From: Candidatus Binatia bacterium | GTDB lineage: Bacteria > Desulfobacterota > Binatia > HRBIN30 | Assembly: GCA_038245295.1 (NCBI GenBank) | Contig: JBBRSP010000025.1 | Location: 1-64,000, forward strand | Direction of reading: 5' to 3' | Length of the DNA: 64,000 bases | Shown here: positions 1-9,891 of the stretch, piece after piece | Position numbering within the stretch: the stretch's first letter is position 1 | How the letters are laid out: every line of letters begins with the position of its first letter | Translations under genes and position numbers: made by a program | The notes under the pieces: model-generated | The model's input: the letters and a program-made list of their open reading frames with translations, nothing else | Databases searched by the model: none | What the model was told of the DNA's origin: nothing

Positions 1-301
1 AAACGGCGATTACCGAGCCGTATCCGACAGCTGATCACCGTCGATTTGACCCCTCGTGACGATCAATCGCCCGGCGCTGGCATTTACACGATCGCCACCC
101 CTTCACTCGACGAGCGCCGAGGCCCTCATGAATAGTCCGGGCTAAGCCTCTGCCTCTGCCTCAAGCCCACGCCCACGCCCGTACCGGCGCCAGCAATTCC
201 GACCGCTCGTACCGCCTCTCTGCCCGCTCACTCTTCCGTGCATTGTCTTTGGTCCGATGTCGCGATAGTGGACCACGTCCGACAAAATGGAGGTAATCAG
301 C

Positions 302-1753
302 ATGCGCAAGGTTTTGGCAATGGCATTCGCCATCCTCTTCGTGTCGTTTGTGGGGTCGGCTCGCGCCGCCTGCACGGGTGATTGTGGCGGCGACGGCGAA
401 GTGACGGTCGATGAAATCACCAAGATGGTGAACATCGCGCTGGGTACGTTGCCCGCTTCTAGCTGTACTGCCGCCGACGCCAATGGCGACAACGAAGTCA
501 CGGTCGACGAAATCGTCGCCGCCGTCGGCTTCGCCTTGAATAGCTGCCCGGCCGCCGGCGGAGCGCTTGGCACGCGACGTTTCACGATCAATCCGAGAAC
601 GAGCCCGTTCACCGCGGTCCTCAGCCCTGGCTTCTCACTGCCACTGGGTGGCGGCTTCAAGGGCCAAACCAATGGTGTGGTCGAAAACGGATTCCTCGAA
701 CTGAAGGCGGGCGCCCCTGATCCCACAACCGGTGTTGCATCACTGGATGTCACCGGTGGGTCGGAATACCTCTTCGTCGATGCACGCCCGACAGCCAATC
801 TCGTGCTCTGCCTGAAGCCGATCCTGCCGATCACCAACGCCGGCGTGGTGTTGTGCAACGGTGGGCCCGACGTCAGCATCGCGATCAATGCCAACCACCA
901 CCTCGGGCAGGTCGGCCTCAACGGCTACACCGCCAAGGATTGTTTGAGTGATTGCAGCAGCACCAGTGGTGGCTGCGGTAGCCTGGAAAGCCCGAACCAG
1001 ATCTGTGCCGCGGGAATCGTCGGCGACCAATGCCGCGCCAATGCCGACTGCAACAATACGGGCGCGACCGACGGCGTCTGCGGCCTCGGCCGCCTATGCC
1101 TCGCCGGCAAACGCGGCGACTCCTGCACCTCCAACAGCGATTGCGACATGGGTGGCACGAGTGGTGTTTGTTCGCCGCAGCCGAAGTGCACGGCCGGCAA
1201 GACCGGCACCAACTGCCGCGCCGATGGCGAATGCGATACGGCGGCTGATGCCTTCGATGGGGTCTGCGGCAACGTCGATGCACATCCGGGTGTCTGCAAC
1301 TCGCCGATCTCCTTCGGCCAGACCGGCCTCGCCAGCGATCCGGGCTCGGTTTCCATCGCGCCGCTGGCCGAGTTTGGCCTCAAAGGTCTGCCGGCGGTGC
1401 TGAGCATCGAGTCGGCGACACCGTGCGGCGATGAAGGCGGCGGTCTGTCGACGCCGTTTGCCCTCACCAGCTCCCTGGTGCGCGCCACGATCGACAACTT
1501 CAGCAACGCGTTCGGCGTCTGCAGCAAAGGCAAGGAAGGCGCCGACTGTACGACCGATGCGGATTGCAACTCGACAGCTACCGATGGCGTCTGCGGCGAT
1601 CGTCTGATCTACGAAAGCCGCGGCCAGGCGTTCTCGTGTCAGAACTGGACCCAGGCCGATGGCCCCGGTTGCCTGTCCCTCGCCGTCCCGGCAATCGATA
1701 CGAATCCGATGGGCGGCGACCTCGTCACCTCGTTCAAGTTCTGCGGCAAGTAA
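302..1753 (+). CDS. Secreted Cys-rich protein with N-terminal dockerin-like (CxGDC) module
   Basis: GGAGG at 289-293 precedes ATG 302. Signal peptide ends ARA-A. Motif CTGDCGGDGEVTVDEI...ADANGDNEVTVDEI, followed by repeated C-x-AG-x2-G-x2-C-x4-C units. Confidence 0.8.
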   Translation: MRKVLAMAFAILFVSFVGSARAACTGDCGGDGEVTVDEITKMVNIALGTLPASSCTAADANGDNEVTVDEIVAAVGFALNSCPAAGGALGTRRFTINPRTSPFTAVLSPGFSLPLGGGFKGQTNGVVENGFLELKAGAPDPTTGVASLDVTGGSEYLFVDARPTANLVLCLKPILPITNAGVVLCNGGPDVSIAINANHHLGQVGLNGYTAKDCLSDCSSTSGGCGSLESPNQICAAGIVGDQCRANADCNNTGATDGVCGLGRLCLAGKRGDSCTSNSDCDMGGTSGVCSPQPKCTAGKTGTNCRADGECDTAADAFDGVCGNVDAHPGVCNSPISFGQTGLASDPGSVSIAPLAEFGLKGLPAVLSIESATPCGDEGGGLSTPFALTSSLVRATIDNFSNAFGVCSKGKEGADCTTDADCNSTATDGVCGDRLIYESRGQAFSCQNWTQADGPGCLSLAVPAIDTNPMGGDLVTSFKFCGK

Positions 1754-1755
1754 TT

Positions 1756-1845
1756 TGAAGGGTGAAGAGTGAAAGGTGAAGAGTGAAACTTACTCTAACC
1801 CTTTCACTTTTCACCCTGTCGCTTTCTCTCGTCACTCTTCATTCA
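1756..1845. repeat. Heptamer tandem repeats in inverted arrangement between convergent genes
   Basis: GAAGGGT-GAAGAGT-GAAAGGT-GAAGAGT followed by complementary TTCACTT/TTCACCC/CACTCTTC units. Confidence 0.7.
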
Positions 1846-3591
1846 CGGTCGATAGATCGTCCCCAACTGCACCACTTCAAAGGCGCTGCTCGGCACTGTC
1901 TTGAGCTGATTGAGGTCGTTGTCGTCCCAGCGTGAGTCGCGGCTACCGCTGATGTACCAACTGGTACCATTGTCGGCGACGAGCATGCCGTACTTGCGCA
2001 ACGCCTCGAGAACGACGCGGGATTGCCCCGTAAATCCTGAAATGTTGTAGCCGGCTTTCAAGCGGAAGCGGGCGCCCATCGGCGGGTACTTGGTCTGGAC
2101 GTTGCCGGCCCAATGGGTCGCCGGATGGACATACCCCTGGTTGGAGCGCCACACGGTGAACCGCAAGGCATGGCGGATCTCGCCGGCCGCCACTTCATCG
2201 TAGCGCACCAGACCGGGTAGGATCGGCAGCCCGGCGGCATCGGCGGAAGTCCACGTCTCGGGACGCAACGCATTCGAACCAAGATCAAACTTGGCCCCTG
2301 AGCTGGCGCTCCAACCGGGGCCGACCGCGTCCTTCACCGCGCCATACAACTCGAACAGCCGACAGCTGCCGGACTGCAACACGAGCACGTGCCGATCCCC
2401 ACCAGCCTCGATCGGCGCGTTGCTCGGTACAGGATAGGGACCGGGATCACTCTCATCGGCATAGTCGACGAAGGTCATCGGTACGTTGGCCTGCGTCATC
2501 GGCACGACGACATAGGGAATTCCGTACGCCGGCGGTGAGCCGAAATCGGGGTGTACGAAGAGGGAGCCCTGTTCATTGACGGCGGCAATGTATGTTGCCG
2601 AGTTCGGATCAACCGGATCGGCGGAGACGTCGCGGTTCCATGCGTTGTCGGCGGGGAAGACGGAACAGCCGCCGAGCGACGGGCCGGCCGGGCCACCGAT
2701 GGGAGTAGCACTTGGGATCGTGGTCGACGTTGGCACCGTCGTCGACGTCGGCGTCCTGGTCGGCGAACGCGTCGCGGTCGCACTGCGGCTGGGCGTGCGC
2801 GTCAGCGTGTTGCTCGTTGTCACCGAGGGAGTCGGCGACAAAGTAGCGGCCTGCGTGGCCGTCAACGTTGGCGTCACGGTTGGTGTTAGGGTGGGTGTTT
2901 GTGTCGCCGCCAGGGTTGGCGTTGAGGTCGGAGATACAGGGGCGGTTGTTCCCGGAGTCGCCGTCGCCGGGGCTCGCCAACTACCGTTGCAATCACCGAA
3001 CACGACGCCGAGAAAGTCCTGGCCACTCGCCGAGGTCGTAAGCGATGAGAACTGGAGCCCACCCGGCTGACACGAGGTCGGACCGGGCAGCGCTTGGATC
3101 GGTGTCGAGACCGACTGTGCCGCGGGCAGAAAGCCCCACATCGACCCACACGACTGCACCACTGGAAACTCGCCGGGCATGCCGACAACACGTTGCAGGA
3201 TGTGCACCGCGTCGATCGACGTGATGCTGCCGCTGCCGTTCACGTCACACGCCAACTGCTCCGCCGGCGTCAACTGCCGCAAACCAACCGCGGCCTGCAG
3301 AGCAAACACCGCGTCAAGGCTGGTCAGCGAACGCGCCACCTCACTTGCTTTGCTGGGCGTCACGATCAAATCGCCTTCCACGTTGTCGAGCTGATAGTTG
3401 CCGTTGGTATCGGTGGTGGCCGTACTCGTCGAACCGCTCGCGGAGACGTCGACCTGCCCTACCGGACCGCCGTCACGCGCCGAGCGGATCTGTCCAGAGA
3501 TGCTTGCCGCAACGCCGGCCGACGCAAGGCGCAAGCTGAGGAGACACGCCACGAATACGATCCCTATTCGCCGCAGGCTGGTGGAAACCAA
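1843..3591 (-). CDS. Secreted protein: carboxypeptidase-regulatory-like domain, dockerin-like pair, Thr/Pro linker, conserved C-terminal domain of unknown function
   Basis: Signal peptide; SISGQ...TDTNGNY beta-sandwich; CDVNGSGSITSIDA; T/P tract; C-terminal FPADNAWN...WTSADAAGLPILPGLVRYDEV. The start is uncertain because the longer ORF runs through a REP element. Confidence 0.75.
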   Translation of the reverse strand: MVSTSLRRIGIVFVACLLSLRLASAGVAASISGQIRSARDGGPVGQVDVSASGSTSTATTDTNGNYQLDNVEGDLIVTPSKASEVARSLTSLDAVFALQAAVGLRQLTPAEQLACDVNGSGSITSIDAVHILQRVVGMPGEFPVVQSCGSMWGFLPAAQSVSTPIQALPGPTSCQPGGLQFSSLTTSASGQDFLGVVFGDCNGSWRAPATATPGTTAPVSPTSTPTLAATQTPTLTPTVTPTLTATQAATLSPTPSVTTSNTLTRTPSRSATATRSPTRTPTSTTVPTSTTIPSATPIGGPAGPSLGGCSVFPADNAWNRDVSADPVDPNSATYIAAVNEQGSLFVHPDFGSPPAYGIPYVVVPMTQANVPMTFVDYADESDPGPYPVPSNAPIEAGGDRHVLVLQSGSCRLFELYGAVKDAVGPGWSASSGAKFDLGSNALRPETWTSADAAGLPILPGLVRYDEVAAGEIRHALRFTVWRSNQGYVHPATHWAGNVQTKYPPMGARFRLKAGYNISGFTGQSRVVLEALRKYGMLVADNGTSWYISGSRDSRWDDNDLNQLKTVPSSAFEVVQLGTIYRP

Positions 3592-3593
3592 TC

Positions 3594-3739
3594 TCCCCTC
3601 TCCCACATCGGGCGGCCTCGGAGCGCATGGGAGAAGGTTAGGGTAAGGGTGGGTCGATGTGCGCTTCTCAAGCCGCCGAGTAACCCTCACCCCAACCCTC
3701 TCCCAGTTGCTGCGACTCCACTCGAACTGGGAGAGGGAG
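3594..3739. repeat. REP-like palindromic doublet (CCCTCTCCC/GGGAGAGGG family)
   Basis: CTCCCCTCTCCCA...TGGGAGAAGGTTAGGGTAAGGG and the inverted CCCTCACCCCAACCCTCTCCCAG...CTGGGAGAGGGAG. Confidence 0.75.
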
Positions 3740-4185
3740 TGCTCGGCGATCGTATCTCTGAAGTTGCATGACGAGCTGCGCATAGGGTGATGCTTATCCG
3801 AGCAACATCGAGGCCACGGCCCGGCGCAAACATAAGCGCCCTGCGGCGGTGCCGCGGAGTGTCACCGGCGTTACGGATGTCCGCTGCCTGCGTTACGGCG
3901 ATGGCGCCCTAGGGGGAAATGGCGAGTTGACATTCGAGCCGAAACGGACGGACACTCCTCACCAGAGCTACCGGCATTTGGATTGGGGGTGATGCAGTGC
4001 GGGTGCTCGATGATCTGCCGCAGGACAGCCGTCTCTATCCCACGCGCCCTGGGTGGCGCACCTACCGTCGTCGACAGCGGGCACCGCCGACGACGATAAA
4101 CGTCGACACCGGCGTACCTTCTCCTTGCGAGCGAATGGCCGTTTCCACAAACGCTGCCCGCGCTGTCGGGCAGATGGGAGGAACG

Positions 4186-5424
4186 ATGAAACAACTGGCT
4201 TTTGCTCTGTCGCTCAGCGCCGTCATTCTGACAGCCCGCAGCGCCCAGGCGCAGCCCCTGACCGTCGCGGGCGCGCCCCTCGATCATCTGGTCTGTTACA
4301 AGACCCTCGACAAACTTACCCTGAAGACCACAACCGATCTGATTGCGCAGTTGCAACCCGAGTTCACGCAAAAGGGTTGCACTCTGATCCGACCGGTCGA
4401 GTTCTGCGTACCGGCCACGAAGATCAACGTCAGTCCGGTGCCGACCAATCCAAACATCGTCGGTACACCGCTGAAGAACGATTACGTCTGCTACCTGGCG
4501 CGCTGTAAGAGCCAGATTCCGCCGCCGGACAAAAAGGTGATCGATCAGTTCGGATCGCGCCTGCAGCAGAATTACAAGATCAGCAAGGTGTGTGTTCCGG
4601 CGCAAAAGGCACCGGCGGGCTGCGGCTTCTTCGGTAAGCAGTGTTCAGGCGCCTGTCCCAACAACACCGATCTGTGCGTCAAAGTGCCGGGCGCGGCCGG
4701 CACGCTCTGTGAGTGCCGCCCGAAGAACAAGCCATGTACCGGCAAGCCCGATACCGCTGGCATGTGCGGTGGTGAATGTCTCACCGCGGGCGATAAGTGC
4801 CTGCCGACGCTGGTCGGAACCGGAGACCCGACCTTGACGGCACTGCCGGTCGAATGCACGTGCCGGCCACCGGTCGACCCATTGTGCAGCCGCGATTTAG
4901 CCACGGGCGCCTGTGGCGGCGCCTGCCCCAAGGCTACCGACAAGTGTCAGCCCGACCCCGCGACCGGCCGCTGTGACTGTCAGCCTGACAATCCACCCTG
5001 TCAGCTCATCACCGTAGCGGGGACCGCACCGTCGTGCGGCGGCGCTTGCCCGGCGGTTTCACAGACCTGCACCCACGATGCCGTCACCGGGAAGTGCAGC
5101 TGCAGCCCGCCACCACAGTGCGCGCAGGACGCAAACGGAACCTGCGGCGGCCCATGCCCGCCGGGTATGTCGTGCGTCCTCGACTCCACCGGGCACTGCG
5201 ACTGCAAGGACACTCCGTGTGGGAGCAACGGACTGACACCGCCCGCCTGTGGTGGCGCGTGTCCGCTGCCGTCTCAGACGTGCGCCCTCGACACAACGGG
5301 TGCGTGCAACTGTACGCCGTCGTTGCCCTGTCAGCCGGATGCTGCCGGAACCTGCGGCGGTAACTGCCCGGCGCCAATGCGCTGCGCCAACATCCCGGGA
5401 ACCACGGGGTGTCAGTGTCAGTAG
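4186..5424 (+). CDS. Secreted Cys-rich repeat protein
   Basis: GGAGG before ATG 4186; signal peptide; N-terminal DHLVCYK...FCVPATK domain; several C-G-G-x-C-P...C...C-x-C repeats. Confidence 0.8.
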   Translation: MKQLAFALSLSAVILTARSAQAQPLTVAGAPLDHLVCYKTLDKLTLKTTTDLIAQLQPEFTQKGCTLIRPVEFCVPATKINVSPVPTNPNIVGTPLKNDYVCYLARCKSQIPPPDKKVIDQFGSRLQQNYKISKVCVPAQKAPAGCGFFGKQCSGACPNNTDLCVKVPGAAGTLCECRPKNKPCTGKPDTAGMCGGECLTAGDKCLPTLVGTGDPTLTALPVECTCRPPVDPLCSRDLATGACGGACPKATDKCQPDPATGRCDCQPDNPPCQLITVAGTAPSCGGACPAVSQTCTHDAVTGKCSCSPPPQCAQDANGTCGGPCPPGMSCVLDSTGHCDCKDTPCGSNGLTPPACGGACPLPSQTCALDTTGACNCTPSLPCQPDAAGTCGGNCPAPMRCANIPGTTGCQCQ

Positions 5425-5614
5425 CCAACTGACGTTGTCTTCCTTTCTTCCGTAGCCGCGGCGGAGACCTCGATCACATTCCGATCGAGGTCTCCGCCGC
5501 AACCGTTTTGGAGGGCCGGAGCGCGCCGCCTGACTCTGGACTCCACTCGAGCCGAAGGGTTCCATCTGCGCGTCACAGAGTGGAGCGCTCCGATTTGTGG
5601 TAGATACAGGTGGG

Positions 5615-7048
5615 ATGAGGCTACCGCCGAACAAGACCAAGATCGTCGCGACGATCGGACCAGCCTCCGAAAGTGTGCCGATTCTCGGACGCATGATTCA
5701 GGCCGGGATGAACGTGGCGCGCCTGAACTTCTCGCACGGCGACTTCACGTCACATGGGCGGGTGATCGACAACGTACGGGAGGCGGCGCGCCTGGTGGGC
5801 CGGCCGGTGACGATCATGGCCGACTTGTCGGGTCCAAAGATGCGCATCGGCAGTGTCTCTCCCGAAGTCGTCGAGCTCAAGGCGGGCGCGCGCTTCGTCT
5901 TGACGACCGACGACGTCGCCGGCGACGAGTCGCGTGTTTCCATTAGCTTCGACCGCCTGCCCAATGTCGTGCGGCCCGGCGATCGCCTGTTCCTCAATGA
6001 CGGTTACGTCGAGCTCGAAGTGGTCGAGGTCCGCGGCGCCGACGTCGAGTGCGTCGTCACCGTCGGTGGTGAGATTCGCTCGCGCAAGGGCCTCAACCTG
6101 CCAGGGATCAAGCTCGGCATGTGCGCCTTCACCGACTACGACCGCGAGTGCCTGGCTTTCGCTCTGGCGCATGGCGTCGAAGCGGTCAGCCAATCCTTCG
6201 TCGACAATGCCGCCGACGTCGAGGCCGTGCGGCAAGCGGCGCGCGGGCTCGGACATCAACCCTTCATCATCGCCAAAATCGAACGCGCCTCGGCTCTGAA
6301 GAATATCGACGCCATCCTGGCGGCCGCCGACGGCATCATGGTGGCGCGCGGCGACCTCGGCGTCGAAGTACCGATCGAACGCATTGCCGTCGTGCAGAAA
6401 GATCTCATGCGACGAGCCCATCAATGGGCCAAGCCGGTGATCACCGCAACGCAGATGCTCGAATCGATGACCGCGCATCGCCTACCGACGCGCGCCGAAG
6501 CGACCGACGTATCCAACGCCATCCTCGATGGCACCGATTGCGTCATGTTGTCGGGTGAATCAGCGACTGGCGCCTATCCCGTCGACGCGGTGCAGATGTT
6601 GGCGCGTATCGCCGCCTTCGTCGAACCGACGCAGGCACGTCGGCGCACGAGCGAACTCTATCACGGCATCGACCGGCGCGTCGGTGTGCGGCCCGATCAG
6701 TTGGTCGCCGTCAGCGTCGAGGCTTGCTTCGATTACGCCGAGCCGGCCGCGCTGTTTGTGCCGACGCGCAGCGGCGCTTCGGCGCGGCGCATGGCGATCT
6801 TGCGGTTGCCGGTATGGATTGTCGCGGTGACGTCCGAACCGCACACAGCAGCGGATCTCGCGTTCTCGTACGGCGTAACCACCGTGCCGGGCGCCGAGCC
6901 CGATTCCTGGAAAGACTTCGCGCGCCAGTGGCTGCGCGACAACGGCATCACCGGCACCCTGGCCATCGCCACTGGTGGCCCATCGCAGCGCAACAGCGGC
7001 GCCAATCACCACCTCGAGCTTCTCGTGCTCGAGGGCGAGCCCGGCTAG
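5615..7048 (+). CDS. pyk: Pyruvate kinase
   Basis: KTKIVATIGPAS, RLNFSHG, IIAKIE, IMVARGDLGVE, ATQMLESM and MLSGESA motifs. Confidence 0.97.
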   Translation: MRLPPNKTKIVATIGPASESVPILGRMIQAGMNVARLNFSHGDFTSHGRVIDNVREAARLVGRPVTIMADLSGPKMRIGSVSPEVVELKAGARFVLTTDDVAGDESRVSISFDRLPNVVRPGDRLFLNDGYVELEVVEVRGADVECVVTVGGEIRSRKGLNLPGIKLGMCAFTDYDRECLAFALAHGVEAVSQSFVDNAADVEAVRQAARGLGHQPFIIAKIERASALKNIDAILAAADGIMVARGDLGVEVPIERIAVVQKDLMRRAHQWAKPVITATQMLESMTAHRLPTRAEATDVSNAILDGTDCVMLSGESATGAYPVDAVQMLARIAAFVEPTQARRRTSELYHGIDRRVGVRPDQLVAVSVEACFDYAEPAALFVPTRSGASARRMAILRLPVWIVAVTSEPHTAADLAFSYGVTTVPGAEPDSWKDFARQWLRDNGITGTLAIATGGPSQRNSGANHHLELLVLEGEPG

Positions 7049-7060
7049 TGCGCCCGCCCT

Positions 7061-7106
7061 ACTCGGACGAGTCGGACTAGCCGGACGAGTCCGACTCGTC
7101 CGACGG
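7061..7106. repeat. Nonamer repeats in inverted arrangement at the pyk/dinG convergence
   Basis: TCGGACGAG-TCGGACTAG-CCGGACGAG followed by TCCGACTCG-TCCGAC; overlaps the last helicase codons. Confidence 0.55.
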
Positions 7107-9635
7107 CCGGCGCCGCGTCGCGTAGAAGCGCCGCAACGATGCAAACACCTCTTCGGTCGTCGCGATCAACTGCTTCGCCGGCGGCAACGACGACAAGAAG
7201 ATCTGCCCGTAACGTTTCTTGACGATGCGGCTGTCGAGAATCACCACGGCACCCCAATCGGTCTTCGAACGGATCAGCCTTCCAAAACCCTGCTTCAGCT
7301 TGATCACCGCCTGCGGCACGGTGTGCTCGACGAACGGCATGCCACCGCGTTTCTCGATTGCTTCGACGCGTGCTTGCTCGATCGGTTCGGTGGGAACCTT
7401 GAATGGCAAGCGTGTGATGATGACACAGCGCAACGCGTCACCGCGCACATCGACACCTTCCCAGAAGCTGTCGGTCGCAAACAGCACCGAACGCCGGTTG
7501 GCGGCGAAGCGCTGCAACAGCAACTGCCGATTGGTTTCTCCCTGCTGCAAGACGCTGAGACCGGCGCGTGCAAACTCGCCGCCGAGGACCTGCACAGCGC
7601 GGCGCAGGGCGCCGTAGGCCGTGAACAACACAAACGCGCCGCCATCGGCGGCCAGGACGATCTGACGAATCGCCGCGTGTGTCGCCGCTTCGTAGCCTGG
7701 ATTCTCCGGCTCGGGCAGATCGCGCGGGACGGCGAGGATCGCCTGGTCGGCGAAGTCGAACGGTGAATCGACGTGCAGCGTGCGGATGCGCTCCTTGTCC
7801 TTTAGCCGATCGAGCCCAACCTTCGAGTGGTAGTACTCGAAGCTCCGATTGACGGTGAGGGTGGCAGATGTGAGCGCCACCGTTGGGAACGGCTCGAACA
7901 GCGCCTTGCACAACAGCGGCCCGACATCGATGGGCGCCGTGTTCAACACCAGCATCTTGCCGCCGCGGGCGCGGTTACGCGCTTCCAACCAGGCGCACAT
8001 CGAGTCGTCGACTTTCACGAAGCACGCCAGCGACAAGGCATACGAATTGAGTCGGCCCTGCATCGCCTTGAGCTCGGTGAGGAGGTTGAGCACCTGACGA
8101 TTCGCGCTGTCCTCGGTCATTTCCTCGAGGCGACCACTGACCGATTCGAACTCCGCGGCAAACTGCGCCAGAACCTCGGAGAGACGCGGCGCCTCGCTCT
8201 GCACCCGCAACCAGAGGGCGGTGGCGCGAAGCGCCGGTGTCACGCGCAGCTTGTGTTCGCTGCCCGTCAGGATCTCGCGCCCCAAAGCATCTTCGAAACT
8301 GTCGAGCATGAGGCTGAAGCTCTGTTCGGCGTCGACGCCGATGTCGTGGATGCGCGGCAACAGGCGCGCCTCGATGAATCTCGCCGCCCCCTGCGCGGCT
8401 GGATGGTCGGTCTTCTCCAGCAACACCATCAGGGCCGGCAGGATGCCCTTGTGAGGATGACGCTGGTTTTGCAGGCGCGACAACGTGCGCTGCAATGTCG
8501 CCAGGCTGATGCGTTCGCCGAAGTAGCTGGTGGCAACGTCCTGCAGGTGATGCGCCTCGTCGATGATGACGCGTGTCGCCGCCGGCAGGACGCCATTCTG
8601 GCTGTAGCTGTCGATCTCGCTGCGCAGCGCCAGGTCGGCCATCAGCAGATGATGGTTGGCAACGATGACATCGGCGCGCGCCGCGGCACGCCGCGACTCG
8701 TAGAAGAAACACGACTGGTAGAAGTCACAGCGGGCGCGCAGGCAGTTGTCGTTTTCCGAGATCACCTGATCCCAGACTTCGGCGCTCGGGCGCACCGGCA
8801 GATCGCTGAGACTGCCGTCTGTCGTCGTCTTGGTCCACGCCAGCAACGCCTTCGTCTCACGGCTGAAGTCGTCGTCGATCAGCAATCCCGGTTGCGCCTC
8901 GAGCTGCTGCACCTTGCGGCGGCAAACATAGTTGCCGCGCCCCTTCACCAACGCCGTGGTGCACTCGAGGCCGACACTCTTCGTCAGGAACGGTAGGTCC
9001 TTGCGGATCAACTGCTCCTGAAGGTTGATCGTGTGGGTCGAAACGATGACGCGCTCCTTGTTGCGCACGCTCCAGGCGATCGCCGGCAACAAGTAGGCGA
9101 GCGATTTACCGGTGCCCGTGCCGGCTTCCACCGTGAGAGTCTCCTCCTGATTGAAGGAGCGTGTCACCGCCTCGATCATCTTCATTTGCTCGGGCCGGTG
9201 TTCGTAGCCTTCGAGCTTGGTTGCCACGGCGCCACCATTCGCAAGCAGGTTGACCGTATCGTCGGCAGTCAGGCGGATCGTCGTCTTGGGCCGGTGCGGC
9301 TCGACGATGGCGTAGACTTGGGTGGCGTCGTTGTTGACGATGTAGGAGCCAACACCGTTGTTGCCGAGCGCCGAGGCGACACCCAGGTCGGCGTCGGACG
9401 GTTGTAACACACCACTCGGATGATTGTGAATGACCACTTCCCCGGGCCGTGCGGCCTTGAGGATCGCCGGCACAGCGGTGCGATGGCCGCGCGCCAGAAC
9501 ACGAACCGCAACGACGAGCTCCGCCTCGTCGAGAGTGCCGAGAACGCAGATTTCATTGCCACCGGCATCGCGGATCGCGTGGCGCAGCGTTGTCGCGGCG
9601 CTCGGCGTGAAGCGTTCGTCGATCGAGTCGGGCAC
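7077..9635 (-). CDS. DinG/YoaA-family SF2 helicase with N-terminal JAB (RadC-like) domain
   Basis: EAGTGTGKS, IIDEAH, TSAT, FWEGVDVRG and QGFGRLIR motifs; Fe-S-type Cys cluster; N-terminal E...HNHPSG...PSDAD. Start is GTG 9635 or TTG 9674. Confidence 0.9.
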   Translation of the reverse strand: MPDSIDERFTPSAATTLRHAIRDAGGNEICVLGTLDEAELVVAVRVLARGHRTAVPAILKAARPGEVVIHNHPSGVLQPSDADLGVASALGNNGVGSYIVNNDATQVYAIVEPHRPKTTIRLTADDTVNLLANGGAVATKLEGYEHRPEQMKMIEAVTRSFNQEETLTVEAGTGTGKSLAYLLPAIAWSVRNKERVIVSTHTINLQEQLIRKDLPFLTKSVGLECTTALVKGRGNYVCRRKVQQLEAQPGLLIDDDFSRETKALLAWTKTTTDGSLSDLPVRPSAEVWDQVISENDNCLRARCDFYQSCFFYESRRAAARADVIVANHHLLMADLALRSEIDSYSQNGVLPAATRVIIDEAHHLQDVATSYFGERISLATLQRTLSRLQNQRHPHKGILPALMVLLEKTDHPAAQGAARFIEARLLPRIHDIGVDAEQSFSLMLDSFEDALGREILTGSEHKLRVTPALRATALWLRVQSEAPRLSEVLAQFAAEFESVSGRLEEMTEDSANRQVLNLLTELKAMQGRLNSYALSLACFVKVDDSMCAWLEARNRARGGKMLVLNTAPIDVGPLLCKALFEPFPTVALTSATLTVNRSFEYYHSKVGLDRLKDKERIRTLHVDSPFDFADQAILAVPRDLPEPENPGYEAATHAAIRQIVLAADGGAFVLFTAYGALRRAVQVLGGEFARAGLSVLQQGETNRQLLLQRFAANRRSVLFATDSFWEGVDVRGDALRCVIITRLPFKVPTEPIEQARVEAIEKRGGMPFVEHTVPQAVIKLKQGFGRLIRSKTDWGAVVILDSRIVKKRYGQIFLSSLPPAKQLIATTEEVFASLRRFYATRRRPSDESDSSG

Positions 9636-9786
9636 GCCCGCGTCTCTAACCGAGATCGCCGCGGCGCCCAACACTTATTCGGCGGCGTGGATGCTCCTTT
9701 CAAATAGAAGGGCATCGAAGTGGAGGGTGCAGGGTGCGGGTCGCGGGTCGAACCGGCTTTGCACGGCAATTCGCATTGAAGCACTC

Positions 9787-9863
9787 CGCAGGCTGAAGCC
9801 TGCGCCTACCGGTTTCCAATTCGACAGTGTATTTGCCTGGTCGGCGCAGGCTTCCGCCTGCGG
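9787..9863. repeat. GTAG-type REP doublet (CGCAGGCTGAAGCCTGCG family)
   Basis: CCGCAGGCTGAAGCCTGCGCCTAC plus an inverted degenerate copy; the same family recurs at about 11110 and 20800. Confidence 0.75.
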
Positions 9864-9891
9864 TGAGTTGAGCGCCGGTTGATCGTCGGGT

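Noticed and set aside
1..135. Possible 3' end of a gene entering the window (frame 1 open to TAG at 133-135)
   Set aside because: Too short and motif-free to call.
7827..8996. Long antisense ORFs (also 24088-25227, 26482-27858, 32987-34720, 36909-38045, 38895-40040)
   Set aside because: Each lies opposite a gene with clear family or secretion motifs and has none of its own.
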